A DNA stretch of 64,000 bases from Leucoraja ocellata. Lineage: Eukaryota. The stretch is taken from positions 9,176,001 through 9,240,000 of the forward strand of contig JAWMAR010000061.1 in assembly GCA_036785375.1 (NCBI GenBank). The letters are read 5' to 3'. The first letter of the stretch is position 1, and every line of letters begins with the position of its first letter. The position numbers were made by a program, and so were the translations under genes. The notes below the pieces were generated by a model that ran no database searches, had not been told where the DNA came from, and was given only the letters and a program-made list of their open reading frames with translations. Shown piece by piece: positions 20,686 to 34,300 of the stretch.

Positions 20686-22361
20686 ACTCAGCGGGTCAGG
20701 CAGCATCTCTGGAGAACATGGTTAAGCGACGTTTCGTGTTAGGACCCTTCTTTCTGAAGGTAACCATCCTCACGGTCTATGATACCATTTACTTTAGTGT
20801 CACATGAGCAGGGTCCCAATCCTATTTCCTCGCCCTGTTTCATGCTTAATCATCCTTTTGTTTATCACCATCTGGCCTCTATGTAGTGGTCTTTACTGGC
20901 TTTGCCTGGCTCTATGCCTTAGTCAATAATTCTGGCTGCACATTCCACAACCTCAACTCTGTGGCAAACCATTTCTTCACATTATCTGCCCTTAAATTTT
21001 GTATTAATGCAACCCTTCAGTTTTGGATCTAATTTTAAACCTGTGTTTGCATGAAGAAGTGCACTGATTAACTTGAACTTTCCTTCTCTGTCAGCTTAAT
21101 AGGGGCACGAATGCAAGATGGAGAATTAAAACATAATTAAATGCATGTAATGAAATTAAATTGGAATAAAACACTGATGCTAATGAAGTTACACGACACA
21201 AACTCATTGGGTTCATGTCCTCCAGTGAAGAACATGTGCCATCCTTACCCGCGTTTGCCTAAATGGGACTCCACCAATAAAATCCACCAATCTGGTTAAC
21301 AAGGGACAATTAGAAATGGACATTATATGTTGAATCTAACAATAATATGCACATTCCATGAACACTGGTGGAAGTTGGTGTATTTTGCTAGGAGAAATGT
21401 AGAGATCATATAATCATTTGATAGTTGAAGTCTGTTGAATGGAAGAGGAAAGAGATCGGAGGGGAGATGTTGACAAACTCTTATAAACAGCAACATAAAT
21501 GAATGCTCCTGACCTCCTTGGAAATAGTAAGCAGCCTAATTCCTTACCCACAAAATCCATGCGTGACTGGAGCAGATCTTGGTGGCAACTTCACCCAGGG
21601 AGCTAGCTCTGACCTGCTTGGCAAGTCTGTGAAGTGCTGGGCCCTGCAGTCCGAATCGGCACGAGGAGGCCATGCCTGAAGAAACCCAGCACACACAAAG
21701 GCCTTGACAGCTGGTTAAAGCAGAGCCCTATGACACACACCTGCCACGGTTTGATTGTGAATATCATGCAAAAACATTCAAAAATAAACATTTTATTAAT
21801 ATGTGAAACCCAGGACAGCTCTGAGATAAATGTAATCTGGATGGTTTGGTGCAGTCTAGTATGTAGGTACAGCAAACAATTTAGAAAGCAAACAGAATGT
21901 TATTATTTGTGGCCAGGGCAGAGAATACAAAAGTAGTTTGGCTCTGCTTCATATGGCCTTGGTGAGACCACATCTGGAGTGCTGTGGGAATTAATGGTTT
22001 CCTTATTTAAGAAAAAATACAGTTCAGAGTAGGGTGACAAGACAAAGACTAATGTACTACTGCTATGTTTGCTAATGATACCAACAACAGGTAGATTAGC
22101 AAGATATAAGTTGTGCAAAGGTAAACAGATAGGTTAAATATGTGGGCAAGAGGTTGGCCCATGTTAAATAATGTGGGAAAATGTGAAGTTCTCTGGAAAG
22201 GACGAAAGAATGAAAAAGCAATGTATTACATTAAAAGAAGTGAGATGGCAAAGTGCTGTGGTGTAAAAGGATCTGGGGATTCAAGGACATAAAATGCAAA
22301 CAGTACAGCAAGTAATGGGGAAGGCTAATGGAACTTCAGTCTTTGTTGCAAGCGGTATGGG

Positions 22362-22644
22362 AAGGTAGACGCAAAATGCTGGAGTAAACACAGTGGGCCA
22401 GGCAGCATCTCTGGAGAGAAGGAATGAGTAATGTTTTGGGTTGAGACCTTTCTCAAGCCTGAAGAATGGTCTCGACCTGAAGTGGCATTTCAAGTCTAGA
22501 CCATTCTTCAGACTTGAGAAAGGTCTCAACCCAAAACATTACCCATTCCTTCTCTCCAGAGATGCTGCCTGTCCTACTGAGTATTTCCAGCATTTTGTGA
22601 CGATCTTTGGTGTAAATCAGCATCTGCAGTTCCTTCCTACACAT
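22362..22644. mobile_element. Penelope-derived fold-back element nested in an old CR1 fragment (~22120-22990)
   Basis: Long inverted arms (gtagacgcaaaatgctggagta...ttgagacctttctcaag / cttgagaaaggtctcaacccaaaacatt...ccagcattttgtg); the mirror-image ORFs 22281- and 22441+ reflect the palindrome. Confidence 0.75.
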
Positions 22645-22994
22645 GAAATTAGAGAAGTTTTGTTGCAATTTTATAGGGTGAGACAGCAGGTGGAGAGCAG
22701 TGCTTTCAATTTTGTTCTCTGTATTTAACAATGAGCTTCTATTGGTACTTAACTGGGTCAATTCCTGGGGTGATGTAATTGACATATGAAAAAAGGTTGT
22801 GCAGGGTGAATCTCTGAAGGAGAGGTGATATAGTTGAAATGTGCACAATTCTGAGTGGAATTTATATGATGGATGCTGAGTGGATGCTTCCTTTACTGGC
22901 GAGAACTTGGGGCATAGTTTGAGAATAAGGAATTTACTATTTCAAATGCAGAGGAGGAGGAATTTCTTTTGTCAGAGGGTTATGAATCTTCTGA

Positions 22995-23342
22995 TAGACA
23001 GATGTTCTGATACCTCCTCCCTCCATCCTTTCAGGGGCCCCAGCAGTCCTTCCTGGTAAGACAGAGGTTCACGTGCACCTCCTCTAACCTTATCTACCTC
23101 TTTCAGTGTTCTTGATGTGGTCTCCTTTACATCAAAGAAACGAAGCGTAGACTTGGCGACCACTTCACTGAACACGTGCTCTGTCCACCAAGGCCTGATG
23201 TATCTCTAGGTTGCTAACTATTTTAACTCCCCTTTCCATTCCCATACTGACCTTTCCTCTATTGTTGGAGTGAGGCCACGCGCAAACTGAAGGAACTACG
23301 CCTCATATTCTGCTTGGGTAGCTTACAACCTAATAATGTGAA
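22995..23342 (+). mobile_element. Penelope-like GIY-YIG endonuclease fragment
   Basis: QGPQQSFLVRQRFTCTSSNLIYLFQCS*CGLLYIKETKRRLGDHFTEH...VANYFNSPFH. Confidence 0.75.
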
Positions 23343-26300
23343 CTGCTGGATGTGAAGCTGCTGTTTCCCACTCTCTAGTTTGACTGCACAGCTCTCCCAG
23401 CGCAAGAGATTAGTACATGGTAACAAGCTTGGGTGTGATTGTATGATTAATTAACCATTGTAAATTGGCCCGAGTGTATGGGTAAGTGATAGAATTGGAG
23501 AGGACAGGGTGTAGGAGGATGCAATGGATAGGGACTTCAATCTTCGACTCTCGGCACACCTAAATGACCTCAAGATATTACCTTAATTTTATGCATGTTT
23601 TCCTTCATTCTGGTGGTTCTACCTGTCCCAAGTCCTACTCATTCATCTGTTCCCAAGGATATGATGAAAAGAATCACTTCTTGTCTGTTGTACATAACCC
23701 ATCACTCCCACTGCCAGTGCCTTTATTATAAGCCTCCAACATCTCTCTTGTCAAATATCTCCTTTCTCCCTTTCACCAAGATCATGATTGTTCAAGGTGC
23801 TGTGAACTTTATTCTGTCTCTTCTTCACTTCCAACTTTCGGAATACTTTTGTATCAATTCAGATAACTTCACTCATTTGCTTGACATTCCATCTTGCTTA
23901 GTTTTTCTATTACCTAAAATCCTGCTGGCTTTAAAGTGCCGTCTGGCATCACAACATCATCTCCTGATTTTTATTTTGCTTCCTCAATTGAACATTCTGC
24001 TTACAAGTTGACAGTCACTTTCTGACTTGGAATGGAAAATTCAAAAGTTGAGTTGAATTTAGCTCTGACCTTCAGCTGATGCATGGTTGCCATGTGGGAA
24101 CGAGTGACAAAGCTCTCTGTATCTGACCTGCTCCTTTATTTATACATCCTGAACCTCTGCTTCCTAATGATCAAAGATCTGGGGCACACTACAGCAGGCT
24201 AATTTTGGATTCCTCTTGGGATTTTCCGATTGTTCAAAATTTAATGAGATCGGGAAGTGTGTCCTTGGCCTTCCAGTCCCTGTTCTTTGAGTTGATTGAT
24301 GTGTTGAGTAGTGCACACAGTGTTTTGCAGATTAGGCAGGAATGTAGCAGTAATTTCAGCAATGTGTGAACTATATCTCCCAGCCCCTGGGCTGCTAGGC
24401 TGCATAAAACAGACACTCTACAGTCATAACTTCTCTCCTCACTCACACACAAGCAAACACATACACATGTGCAGAGGTAAACACATACACATATGAATGT
24501 GTATTGACATATTCAGACAGGCACACACACAAAACCGTGTACTGTATATCCGGGCAGACTGACGTACACCGTTGAGACGAGACTGTGTATGTAGGAAGGA
24601 ACTGCAGATACTGGCTTAAGCCGAAGAGACAAACAGGCCAGATGGATACAGGTACAGAACTCAGTACAATTTCTTACAAACTACACCTTGTATATGAAAT
24701 AAATTTGCAGTATAACATAATTATGAAATCATCTATCATGTCAATAACTGATCTGCGATCCTTTAGCAAAAGTGTTTGTGTTTATGATAAAGGTAGTTGC
24801 AGTGATATGCAGACTTATTAATAGTTACTGTGGTGTCAGCAATTCCCCACCCCATGCAAACTCAACCACAACTGATCTACTGCAGGCTTTCTCTGTTGTT
24901 TCTCTGAAAATCCTTCTGTCAGTGTCACAGGAAGGTCGTAACAATGGAGCTTATTCATGCTTCCTGATAGAGGACAATTGAAGGGTTTCCTGGTCGGTGT
25001 AACGGCTGCTGTACAAGTGGAACCATAATTTTGTCTTTACAGTGAGAACCCTGATGTACTGAGAGACCCAGAGCTTTACTGAAACAAGCAAAGAAGAATT
25101 GGAAATTGACCTCAATATGCCAGAAATAGAAAATATCTGACTCACTTTTATCACTCCATTGTGGAAGTCCCTTTATCATGGGGTTTTCAATTCTAGATTC
25201 TCATGTACGTTGAACAACATAAAAAACAGAATCAAGCAACCGTGTGGCGTTTGTGAAGATACCGAAATCTCAGCTTCGGCTAAAGCTTTGAAGAGTTTAC
25301 AAAGTGCATAGGAAAATTAAGAAGAACAAGCAGGGCAAAGAGAATGCATTAAAACATGTTTAGGTAAAATCTTGAAATATTCTCTAAACTAATGAAGGAA
25401 AAGACAGTTTGGAAGTAAGTGGATCCTTTTAGAGACCATGAGAACTAAGATCTTAAGAAGGCCATTAAGGCTCTTATTCCATTCCAACATTCAGTAACTC
25501 AACCTTGTTCTTTTACCCAGAGTCATTTTCCTGCACAAAGCCCATATCTCCTGATTCCCTTAACATCTTAAAATATTTCAATCTCTGTCTTGAAAATGCT
25601 CAGGACTGATCCTCCACGAACGTTTGGAGCAGAGAATTTCAAACATTCATTATCCTTTGGGGAAGAAATTTGTTCTTATCCCTGTTCTGAATGCCTGACC
25701 TCTTAAAGCTGTGACCCCCAAATCTAGATACCCCAGCATGGGGAAATTTTAACACCACACGTTCTGTAAGCACCTGAAGAGTTTTCTATGCTTCAGTGAG
25801 ATAATCTCTTATTCTTTAAAACTCAATAGAGTGCAGGTCCGTCTGTGTACGCTCTCCTCACGCAACTAACCTGCAACACAGGAATCAATCTGGCAAACCT
25901 CTGTTGTCCTATCTCTATCGAAATATATATTTTCTTAGTTGGGAAGAGCTGACCTGTATAAAAAGCCTACAAATGGTTTCTCCAGAGTTCTGTATAAATA
26001 AAGTAACACATCTCTAAATTAAATTAAATTCTCCTCAACAAAGATCATCCTTATTGGTAGCTTTCTTAATTACCTATTGTAGCTGCATACTAAATTTCAG
26101 TGAATTATATGCAAAGACAGCTAGGTCTTTCTGAACACTAACACCTATCAATCTCCAGCCAGTGGGTGGCTTCACATTCCCCATATTTGTCCTCCTCACT
26201 GTAACTGCTCATTTAGTTTGTTCAGTTTTCTTGATTGTTATTACACTTCTTACGTGTTCCTCTACTTTCCCAAGTTACCATTACTGTTTGGGATCTATGT

Positions 26301-27674
26301 ACAAATCCCACTATTTGTTTCTGCTTCCTACAGTTCCCTGACTTCACTCAAAATAATTTTCTCTCCTTCATTTTCAGAAGTTAATCCAATTCCTCCACTG
26401 CAATTTTTTACAACTAGTTCCACAAATCAACATCTATTTAGAAGCTTAACATCTTCCAGGAGAAATGAATACTGATTATTTAATTTTATGCAAAACATAA
26501 GCTACAAATGAGGGTTGGCTTATGGATCTCTGTGAGAGTGGAAGGCAGGAAACCACAGGAAGTTGTATCTGAAACACTTGTGGTTACTGAATTTCCGGCC
26601 AAATTTCCTACTGTAACCGAGATTGGGCGTCTTGTGTGAAGTTCTTGGTCTTAGCATTGTGTAGTTTGTTCTTTTATTTTTCTTCTGTCTTCATGCTGGA
26701 TTTTAATCCATCGCTTCACAGCATAGCTGCAGAGGCAGTTCAGGGACAGTGTTGTCATCGCCAAGGCATGGGCAGTGGTGTAGGAGCAGGGGCCAGGATG
26801 GTGCTCTGGCTGCAGAAGCTCTGCTGCTGCAGAAACTGCAGCATTATAGGAACACATTGGTCCATTGAGGAAGAGTATTTATAAATCAAGGTATCTTATC
26901 TAGCAAAAAATGTATTTTGGAGAAAACTGTGATCCCTGATCTTTGTTATTCTTCGGTGATTGGAAAATAATACCAATATTTATTAAGTTTACTGGAAGGA
27001 TTTGTGAACCATCATCAGCTATCTCTCCTACTTCAACCTCTGCTGCATTGAGGTTCTAGTCATTCCCAGTTGGCAATGTTGGACAGGCCATGTTGTTTGT
27101 ATGTTTAACACCAGGTACCAAAGACAGACCCAATATTCCTAGCACCCTTGTAAGAGGCTGTTATTTGTTGAACAGAAGAACAAATTCAAGGAAGTGATCT
27201 CTGGGGAAAAAATAAAACATCCCAACCAACTCCAGGAATGTCTAGCCCACAATTGCTCAAAGTGGAGTATGGTTTTGAGAACTTATAGCCATGCATTAGG
27301 AATGCACAGAAATCCTGCTCCAACATCAGGAGCACACCACCTCACAAACTGTCAGCCTATCCGTCAGCTTCATATCTGACAAAAATAAACAGTTGACAGC
27401 CCTCTTCTGTCCCATTTGAGGAAGAACTATGGGTCTTATATTGGCTTCTTTAGCCATCTCAGAACCCAGTTCTGAAGCAAGTTATTCTCAATCTTGAGAT
27501 ACTGTGTAACAATAACAAGGACCAGGAACTGCACCTATTACAGCATTCAATGTGATCATGGGTTAACTTTCAGCAGTGCTACTTTCACACATATACCACA
27601 GTTGTTTTCATAATATCAACAAACAAATAAATCGCTGGAGGAACTCAGCCACCGTCCGTGAAGGTGGAGATTGG

Positions 27675-27878
27675 TTCACTGTGTCAGTGGGGTAGGTGAA
27701 GTCTGGTTCACTATGTGGATGGAGCTTAGTTCACTATGTGGATGGGGGTAGGTGAAGCTTAGTTCACTATGTGGGTGGGGGTAGGTGAAGCTTAGTTCAC
27801 TATGTGGGTGGGGGTAGGTGAAGCCTAGTTCATTATGTGGGTGGGGATGGGTGGACACTGATTCACTGTGTGGGTGGA
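27675..27878. repeat. 33-bp G-rich minisatellite (~6 degenerate units) upstream of the TJP1 CpG island
   Basis: Unit gttcactatgtgggtgggggtaggtgaagctta. Confidence 0.85.
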
Positions 27879-28151
27879 GGTCCCTGCATGGACCAAAGAT
27901 CTTTGGCATGGACTGTGGAGATCAGGCAGGGGTATATATAGCGGTGGGGGGGCGGGCTGACATGCGGACTGCAGCGTGATAGGTGGAGGCAGGCGTGAAG
28001 GGCGGGTCCTAGGCGCCAGAGAAGGTTGCTGATTGGATGGTGGAGTGCCGGCGGCACCGGGTTGGCCAGTTGTCCTGTCACTCACCATGGTCGCTAGGAG
28101 CCGGGCTGGTCCGGGGCCCTGTTGTTGTTCGCTGCCGCCGCCGCCGGGACA

Positions 28152-28279
28152 GCGGGCTCGCAGTAACTGGGGAACCGCCGCCGGGACCGGGCAGCGGGCT
28201 CGCAGTGATTGGGGAACCGCCGCGGGGACCGGGCTGCGGGCTCGCAGTGACTGGGAAACCGCAGCGGGCGGGTAACTGG
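28152..28279. repeat. 42-bp tandem repeat x3 in the TJP1 5' UTR region
   Basis: gcgggctcgcagt(a/g)a(c/t)tgggg aaccgccgc... starting at 28152, 28194, 28236. Confidence 0.85.
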
Positions 28280-28356
28280 AGCCGACAGATCCTCGCCCGT
28301 CTGGGATGTTCGGCCGGAGCCTGTGAGGAGCGGCGGAACCAGGCCAGCAAAACAAG

Positions 28357-28389
28357 ATGTCCGCCCGAGCGGCCGGAGCAGCGGGCAAG
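28357..28389 (+). CDS. TJP1: TJP1 canonical first coding exon
   Basis: acaagATGTCCGCCCGAGCG... [11 protein letters not shown]|GTCGGG, similar to mammalian MSARAAAAK. Confidence 0.8.
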
Positions 28390-31300
28390 GTCGGGGCCTG
28401 AGGCGGGGAGCAGCGGGTCTGGGGCGGGCAAGGTCCTGGGTGAGGGATTGGAGAACGAGGTGGCTGGCACAGCGCCAACCCTCTTTGGGTCAGGCAGGTT
28501 TGGGGTGAGGAGTGAACCCGGGAGTGTGTGTTGGGTGAATCCGAGAGTGTGTGAGGCGTGGGGTCGGGCGGGCAGCACCCCACTGGCTGCGGTTCCGACA
28601 AGTATTGTAGTTGTAAAGTTTAACTTTGCAGCCCACATCACTTTATTGGATCTTCCTGGTGTTTTTGTGCTCGGTATTTGAAAGAGGCGGCGTTGCCGTA
28701 CACTGGTGAGATTAGAAGTCATTTTAGTGCGATGATGTAACTTTATGGTATGCCTTCGAAACTAGGGAAAGGGTGTGATGAATAATTCTTCTGCGTAAGT
28801 ATCTCATCACCATGAAAGTAAAAATCAGATTGATAAAAAGACTTATGAACTGACGGCAGTTAGAGCGGAGTGAGTTATATTGTTCCATGACTGAGTTTAA
28901 TCGCCGGTCCTGTATTCTTTGAGTGTCTTGAATTGTTGTGGTAAGTGACAGAATTGAATGTGACATTTGTAGTAGTAAGTAAATCCTCAGATGTTGGACG
29001 GGAGAGGTGTTTACTATGTTTGTTGGTTGTATTATTGTTTGAAGACGGTGGCTACCGTGAGCAATAGCGGACGCTCATTTAACCGAATGTGGTGCGAGGG
29101 CTTGGTTTTAAACAAGGGTCTCCCGATGAGAAAGATGGTCATTTACAACCTACTTGTTTACTATTTTTACCAAGACCGCGAGGGAGTACAGTAGTCAATA
29201 TTTCTTTAAACAAGTGACAATTTTAGATTTCGGTAAAGCTTAACATTTTTAAACATTGGTCAATTTTCGGCAACTGGCTACCAAACTGTTGCAAAACTTC
29301 CTGATTCAAACGCCATGATACAAGAGTGAAGTATTGGAGATTTGAAATCTGGTTGCTTGTGTTCTTATTGGTTTTTTAAAAAATGTTTATCTAGTTTAGT
29401 TAAGGTACTTTGAAACAAAATCAGTAATGAAGAATGATGGGCTCCAAAAGGATAATCAAAATACACCCTGAAATATTGACCCAGGTGCAATTGCATCTTC
29501 GAAATATTTGAATTTAAATATGAACTATAAATAAGTAGGGACGAATTGAAGGTCAGATCACTGATAATTTCTTCATACTTCTGAGTATGTTGCATGAGCA
29601 TGACTGATTTGAGAGCTATTGTCTGGCGATTTGGGAGTAGTTTTGAGTGGAGCCAGTCCCAACCTCGAAATTATGGTGGGAAGAGTAATGATGTGCTTGG
29701 GTGTTTCAGCAGTTAAATGATAAGTTGTTTTGAGTGAGGCAGATTTGCCCTATCTTGCTTTGTAGGAATGTGTTTTTTACTCCGCTTATTTTTAGATTAG
29801 TTACGTTGTTTTAAACAACCAGGGTCTTGAACAGACCTGATATACGAACAAATGCATTAATGAATCATTCTCTTCAATGATAAACTGGATGACTAGTTGA
29901 TACAGAATTAATGTTGACATTTCAATGCAATAATACAGCCCAGTAATGCACTGTTTTGTTCCTGTGCTGATGTCAATCTGAAGGGAGTGGGCCAGAATCA
30001 ACAAAGTAGTTTGCTTTTAGTGGCTGTGTGATTGGGGAGTGAACCTTGTTTTAATGAATTTTAGGTTCCTGTATGTGGAGGTGAATATCTTGATTCAATG
30101 CAGTGACTTGAACACTGGGTTTCTGGGAAACTGTTCTAGATTGCCACGGTTTTGTTGAAGCTGATGTCTTTTAGTGCTTTGCCTGATTGTACTTGGAATA
30201 TTGTTTATGGCAGGACTGAGAGCTTTCAGTAAGTGTGAATGTGACCAAATTCTGTAAAGCTGTGTGGGCTGGAAATTCCTTTGTGCAAACATTTCAATAC
30301 GGTGCAGTCACTGCCCAGTGAGAATTGTTGCAACTTTTGGGGTAGTTTCCTGGAATTGTTAACAATACATTGTACTTGAGTGAAAATTTACATTCTGCCA
30401 TTTATGTCAAAAAAAATCCTGCATCTAGACAAGATTCCGTGTAAATAAAACGCGTAATGCTGACTAAGGAATGGAGTACGAGGCCTGGAGGTTGGGGTTC
30501 ACAAAAGGTCAGAGTGAGGGGAGCAGATTGTTTGCTTATGGAGGAGATTGGAGAAGGAAAAACAACGATTTAAATGGAGGGGCAGGAATTTTATCATTTG
30601 CAACCTCGGAATCTGGTGTTGATCTCCAGCAGTAGAATCTAGGATGACCTAGGTACCTTGCACTTTACTGCCACGTGAAATTGTTAACAACCTCACTGCT
30701 GACTTTTGTTTTGTCCTGATCAGCAACATTTTGGAGTAAAAAGACATTTATCACTAGAATTAGGGAACTTTTAAAGCTGAAGGTCTGCTGCAGTTATAAT
30801 AAGCACTGAAGATGACCTTTTGTTGTTCATCGACTCTAGTACAGTTATATATTGCTTGAACCATCTGCAGTTGTAGAACATGGTTGTTAAATTTTTAAAG
30901 AGTGTGCATGTTCAGAATTGTGGCAAGTGGTCTGTCAGAAATCTAAACAGTATGTTGTGCATTAGCTGATTTCACATTACAGCAGTTGTTCAATTTTAAG
31001 TTATAAATCGATTAGTGAAATATTTGGGAAGAATTATTTGTAGAGTTAGCTTGGTGGCAAATTATTCCCTGAAAGAGGATGTTTTAGTGCTGAAATTGCA
31101 TTCTACTTCAGTACTAAGCTGTGAAAGATACCAAGCTCCTTATTGGATTTACATCTGCCATTCGTGTTCAACGGATGTATGACAAGAAAGCATTTGTGGA
31201 CAATGATATTCTTGTGTATTAAATCTGCAAATGTATTAAATATCTCGGTGGTCATGCAACATCTCTGGAGGAAAAGGTTAGATGATGTTTTGGATAAGGA

Positions 31301-34300
31301 CCCTACATCAGGACTCGTGCAATTCCTTTTCCTCCACAGTCGCTATTTGATCCATCGAGTTCCTCCAGTGTTTAATATTTATGAGAGCTTTATTTGACTC
31401 TGATTCTGAAATTGCATGAACCATTAAGTATTATTTCTCTCCTAAGGTACTGGAGTATATAGTTCAGCCAAAACCATCCCTCAGAATAACGTGTACCTTT
31501 GGGTAAAACATTGATGCAAAGAGAAATAAACAATGGTTGAGAAGCTTGATTATCCCATTTCCAAGGACTTCATTGTCCCATTCCTGGTGCATATGACAAT
31601 TAAACACTTGACACTTGAACTTTAAGACGACTTTGAGTTTTGCTCTTAATGGTGTGCCAGAACTGGAAATGCTGAAGTTATAGTTCAGATAAATTGGCCC
31701 AAGTTATAAAGTGAACTATTGGTGGGTCTGTCTGGAGTGTGTAGAAACATAATTAGATCAGTTGTATCTCTGTGGCAGAGAGCGTGGATGCATTTTTGGA
31801 TGTGCATCACCTTGTATGAACGCATTCATTTTGCAACTTGAGTGGTGTCTACAACACTCCAAACTAATGTTCCTGAAAAGTTTTCTGCATTTGTATTTCC
31901 AACCTTGATGCCAATCTTATCTGCTTGTGCATTGTCTGTATCTCTCGGTTGCCTGCTTAAAAGATGGTCTGGTATATCAAGACATAAGGGGCTGCAGATG
32001 CTGTTTTTTTTTTTTTTAAAGGCACAAAGTGCTGGAGTAACTGGTCGGGCAACATCTCTGGAGACCATGAACAAGTGATGTTTCGGGCTGAGACCCTTCC
32101 GTCTGAAGAAGAGATGCTGCCTGACCTGAGTTATTCCAGCACTTTAGAGACAAAATGGTTACACCCTCGGTACAAGAATTGTTCCAGAGCCGCTTTCTGA
32201 AAAAAGCTCTGAGAATAGCTAAGGACAAACTGTACCCCCTCCACACACACCTGGTTTTACCTGCTTTTAATTATTTATACTGTTTCATCAGGGACTGGAT
32301 AGTTTTTACTGTTATTATATGTGAAATTTTTATGTTTTATGTGTGATGCTCCGGTATTCCCTGGGAAACGTCTTCTCATTTTGCACTGTACTATTGTTGC
32401 TTTGCAAGATGACAATAAAGGTTGATTGATTGATTGATGGTTATCTGTATTTGAATGTGAGGCTGAGTACCCGTACTTGAAGGTTATATGATCAGAGCAA
32501 TATTGTAAACTAGTCTGGTCATTGCCTTGCAAGCTGTCTACATAATTGGTACTGGACGGTGATTCAACACTAGGGGGCCACAGGCGAGGCGCTGCTGCTG
32601 CACTCCATGGGCTGCACTAAGTCGGGACGTGTGAGGCAGGGCCGGACATGGCGCTCCGACCCAACAGTCCCCGCGAACAGAGTAATAGCAGTCAAATACG
32701 GGACAAGGGCGGTCCCGTCTGGGACAAACCAATTTAGCCCAATATATGGGATGTCCTGGGTAATACGGGACAGTTGGCAACCCTATTCAATTACCCATCC
32801 AGGTGCCTCTTCAATGTCTTGTTGTTGTTGCCTCTTCCACCTCTGGCAGCTCATTTCAGATCTTTGTGTGAAAAATATACCCCTCATGTTGCCTTTAAAA
32901 CCTCCCTTTCGTCTCAACCTGTACCCTTTTAGTTTTAGACACCGTGTTCTGTGAAATGGACAGTGGCTATCTGCTACCACTAGCATATCTATATGTCTAA
33001 TTATTTTATATCCCTCTCATGATGTCTCCTGTGCTCCAGTGAAAATTTGTAGCTCTTAAAATTGGTTGGTTGATTTTACAATGCAACCAACGACACGTCT
33101 CTTTGGGAGAAGGCTGTTACTTTTCAACTTGTATAATGTTGGTTTATTTACTCTGGCATATAACCAACATGAGGATCTGGTGCAGATGTATAAAGTCCAC
33201 ATTTCCATTCTAACAATTTAAAATCAAATAAATAGCAGTCAAAAATTTAGTTACATTTAGATGAAGCTATTACTGCATTTTGTTTGTGTGTAGGTTTGTA
33301 CACGGGGAAATATAATTTTTTTAATCTTTTTAGACTTTGACTTTTTAGACTATAAAGGTAGTTATCTTGGTTTAGCACCATTAACTGTTTAATTTGCGAA
33401 TTTCAAACAAAATATTCATGTCATACTTTATCCTGTGGTTTTTAATTAAGTTGCATGAGAAAGATGTACTCTAACTATTATGTAGCTACATTAATGTAGC
33501 ACCTGTTGTATGGGAAGAAGGCAACAACATGAGCTTGAAGCTGCATACCTAGATTTGTACAAAGCCAACAATACATTTGAAACGTGAAAACTTAAGCTTA
33601 TGAGCCTTTCTCTTTGTGATCAATGCAAATTAAGCATACAATTATGTTGTTTCCAGTAGTTCTATTGACATTTAAATTTAATTTCTTGATACTAAAAAGG
33701 TAATGTTGCAGAAGAGTTTCTCCCTGCTTCTGCGTGTGGTCGATTTGACAAGGAATTGCTTGTCCATCTCTGCCAATGGGTGCCTTGTGGTAAAATGTAG
33801 CTGAGACTGATAAGCTTAGGAATTAGGCATGGACCAAATGGACAATTTGCAGCATTTCGCATCAGACGCAGTATTTTTTGTGAGATTTCAATTGCATCCC
33901 GTTTTGGACATATTTCAATTCATCCATTCGCACTAGTACGGCGAGCTGCAGGTACAGTGGCAGCATCGCAGGCATGTAGACAAAGGATAGGACATAATAT
34001 TACAAATGATGGGCAATTTGTAGAATGTTTTTTCATCTCAATGGCTGGGGAACTGTTTCTGTGACTTTGCTTATTGCTAATGCTGGGAAATTGGATATTA
34101 AGCAGACAACATCAAACCATCCTGTAAGAATGATCAGTAACTTTCTTCTCTGCTGCAATGACTTCTGGACGATGACTACAGGCTGTTTATACCTCGGATT
34201 GCCAGCTTCTTGTCACTTGGTGTTGAATTAATAGCAGTTTGGTGCTGTGGCTGCACATTGGTGGGAGCTAAAGTAAGTTGCCCAATCTTACTAACCTCTG

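Larger units (their letters stand above)
27925..28600 (+). promoter_or_regulatory. TJP1 CpG-island promoter / first exon region
   Basis: High GC and CpG; TATATATA at ~27933, GGGGCGGG near 27950, ATTGG at ~28032; contains the MSAR start exon. Confidence 0.7.

Noticed and set aside
21634-21936. ORF with THKGLDSW as the TJP1 HRSKSLDS exon
   Set aside because: No suitable splice sites or phase; the exon at 18539-18674 fits better
27825-28722. Three 214-258 aa ORFs at the TJP1 promoter
   Set aside because: Explained by stop-poor GC-rich sequence and the 42-bp repeat; no family resemblance
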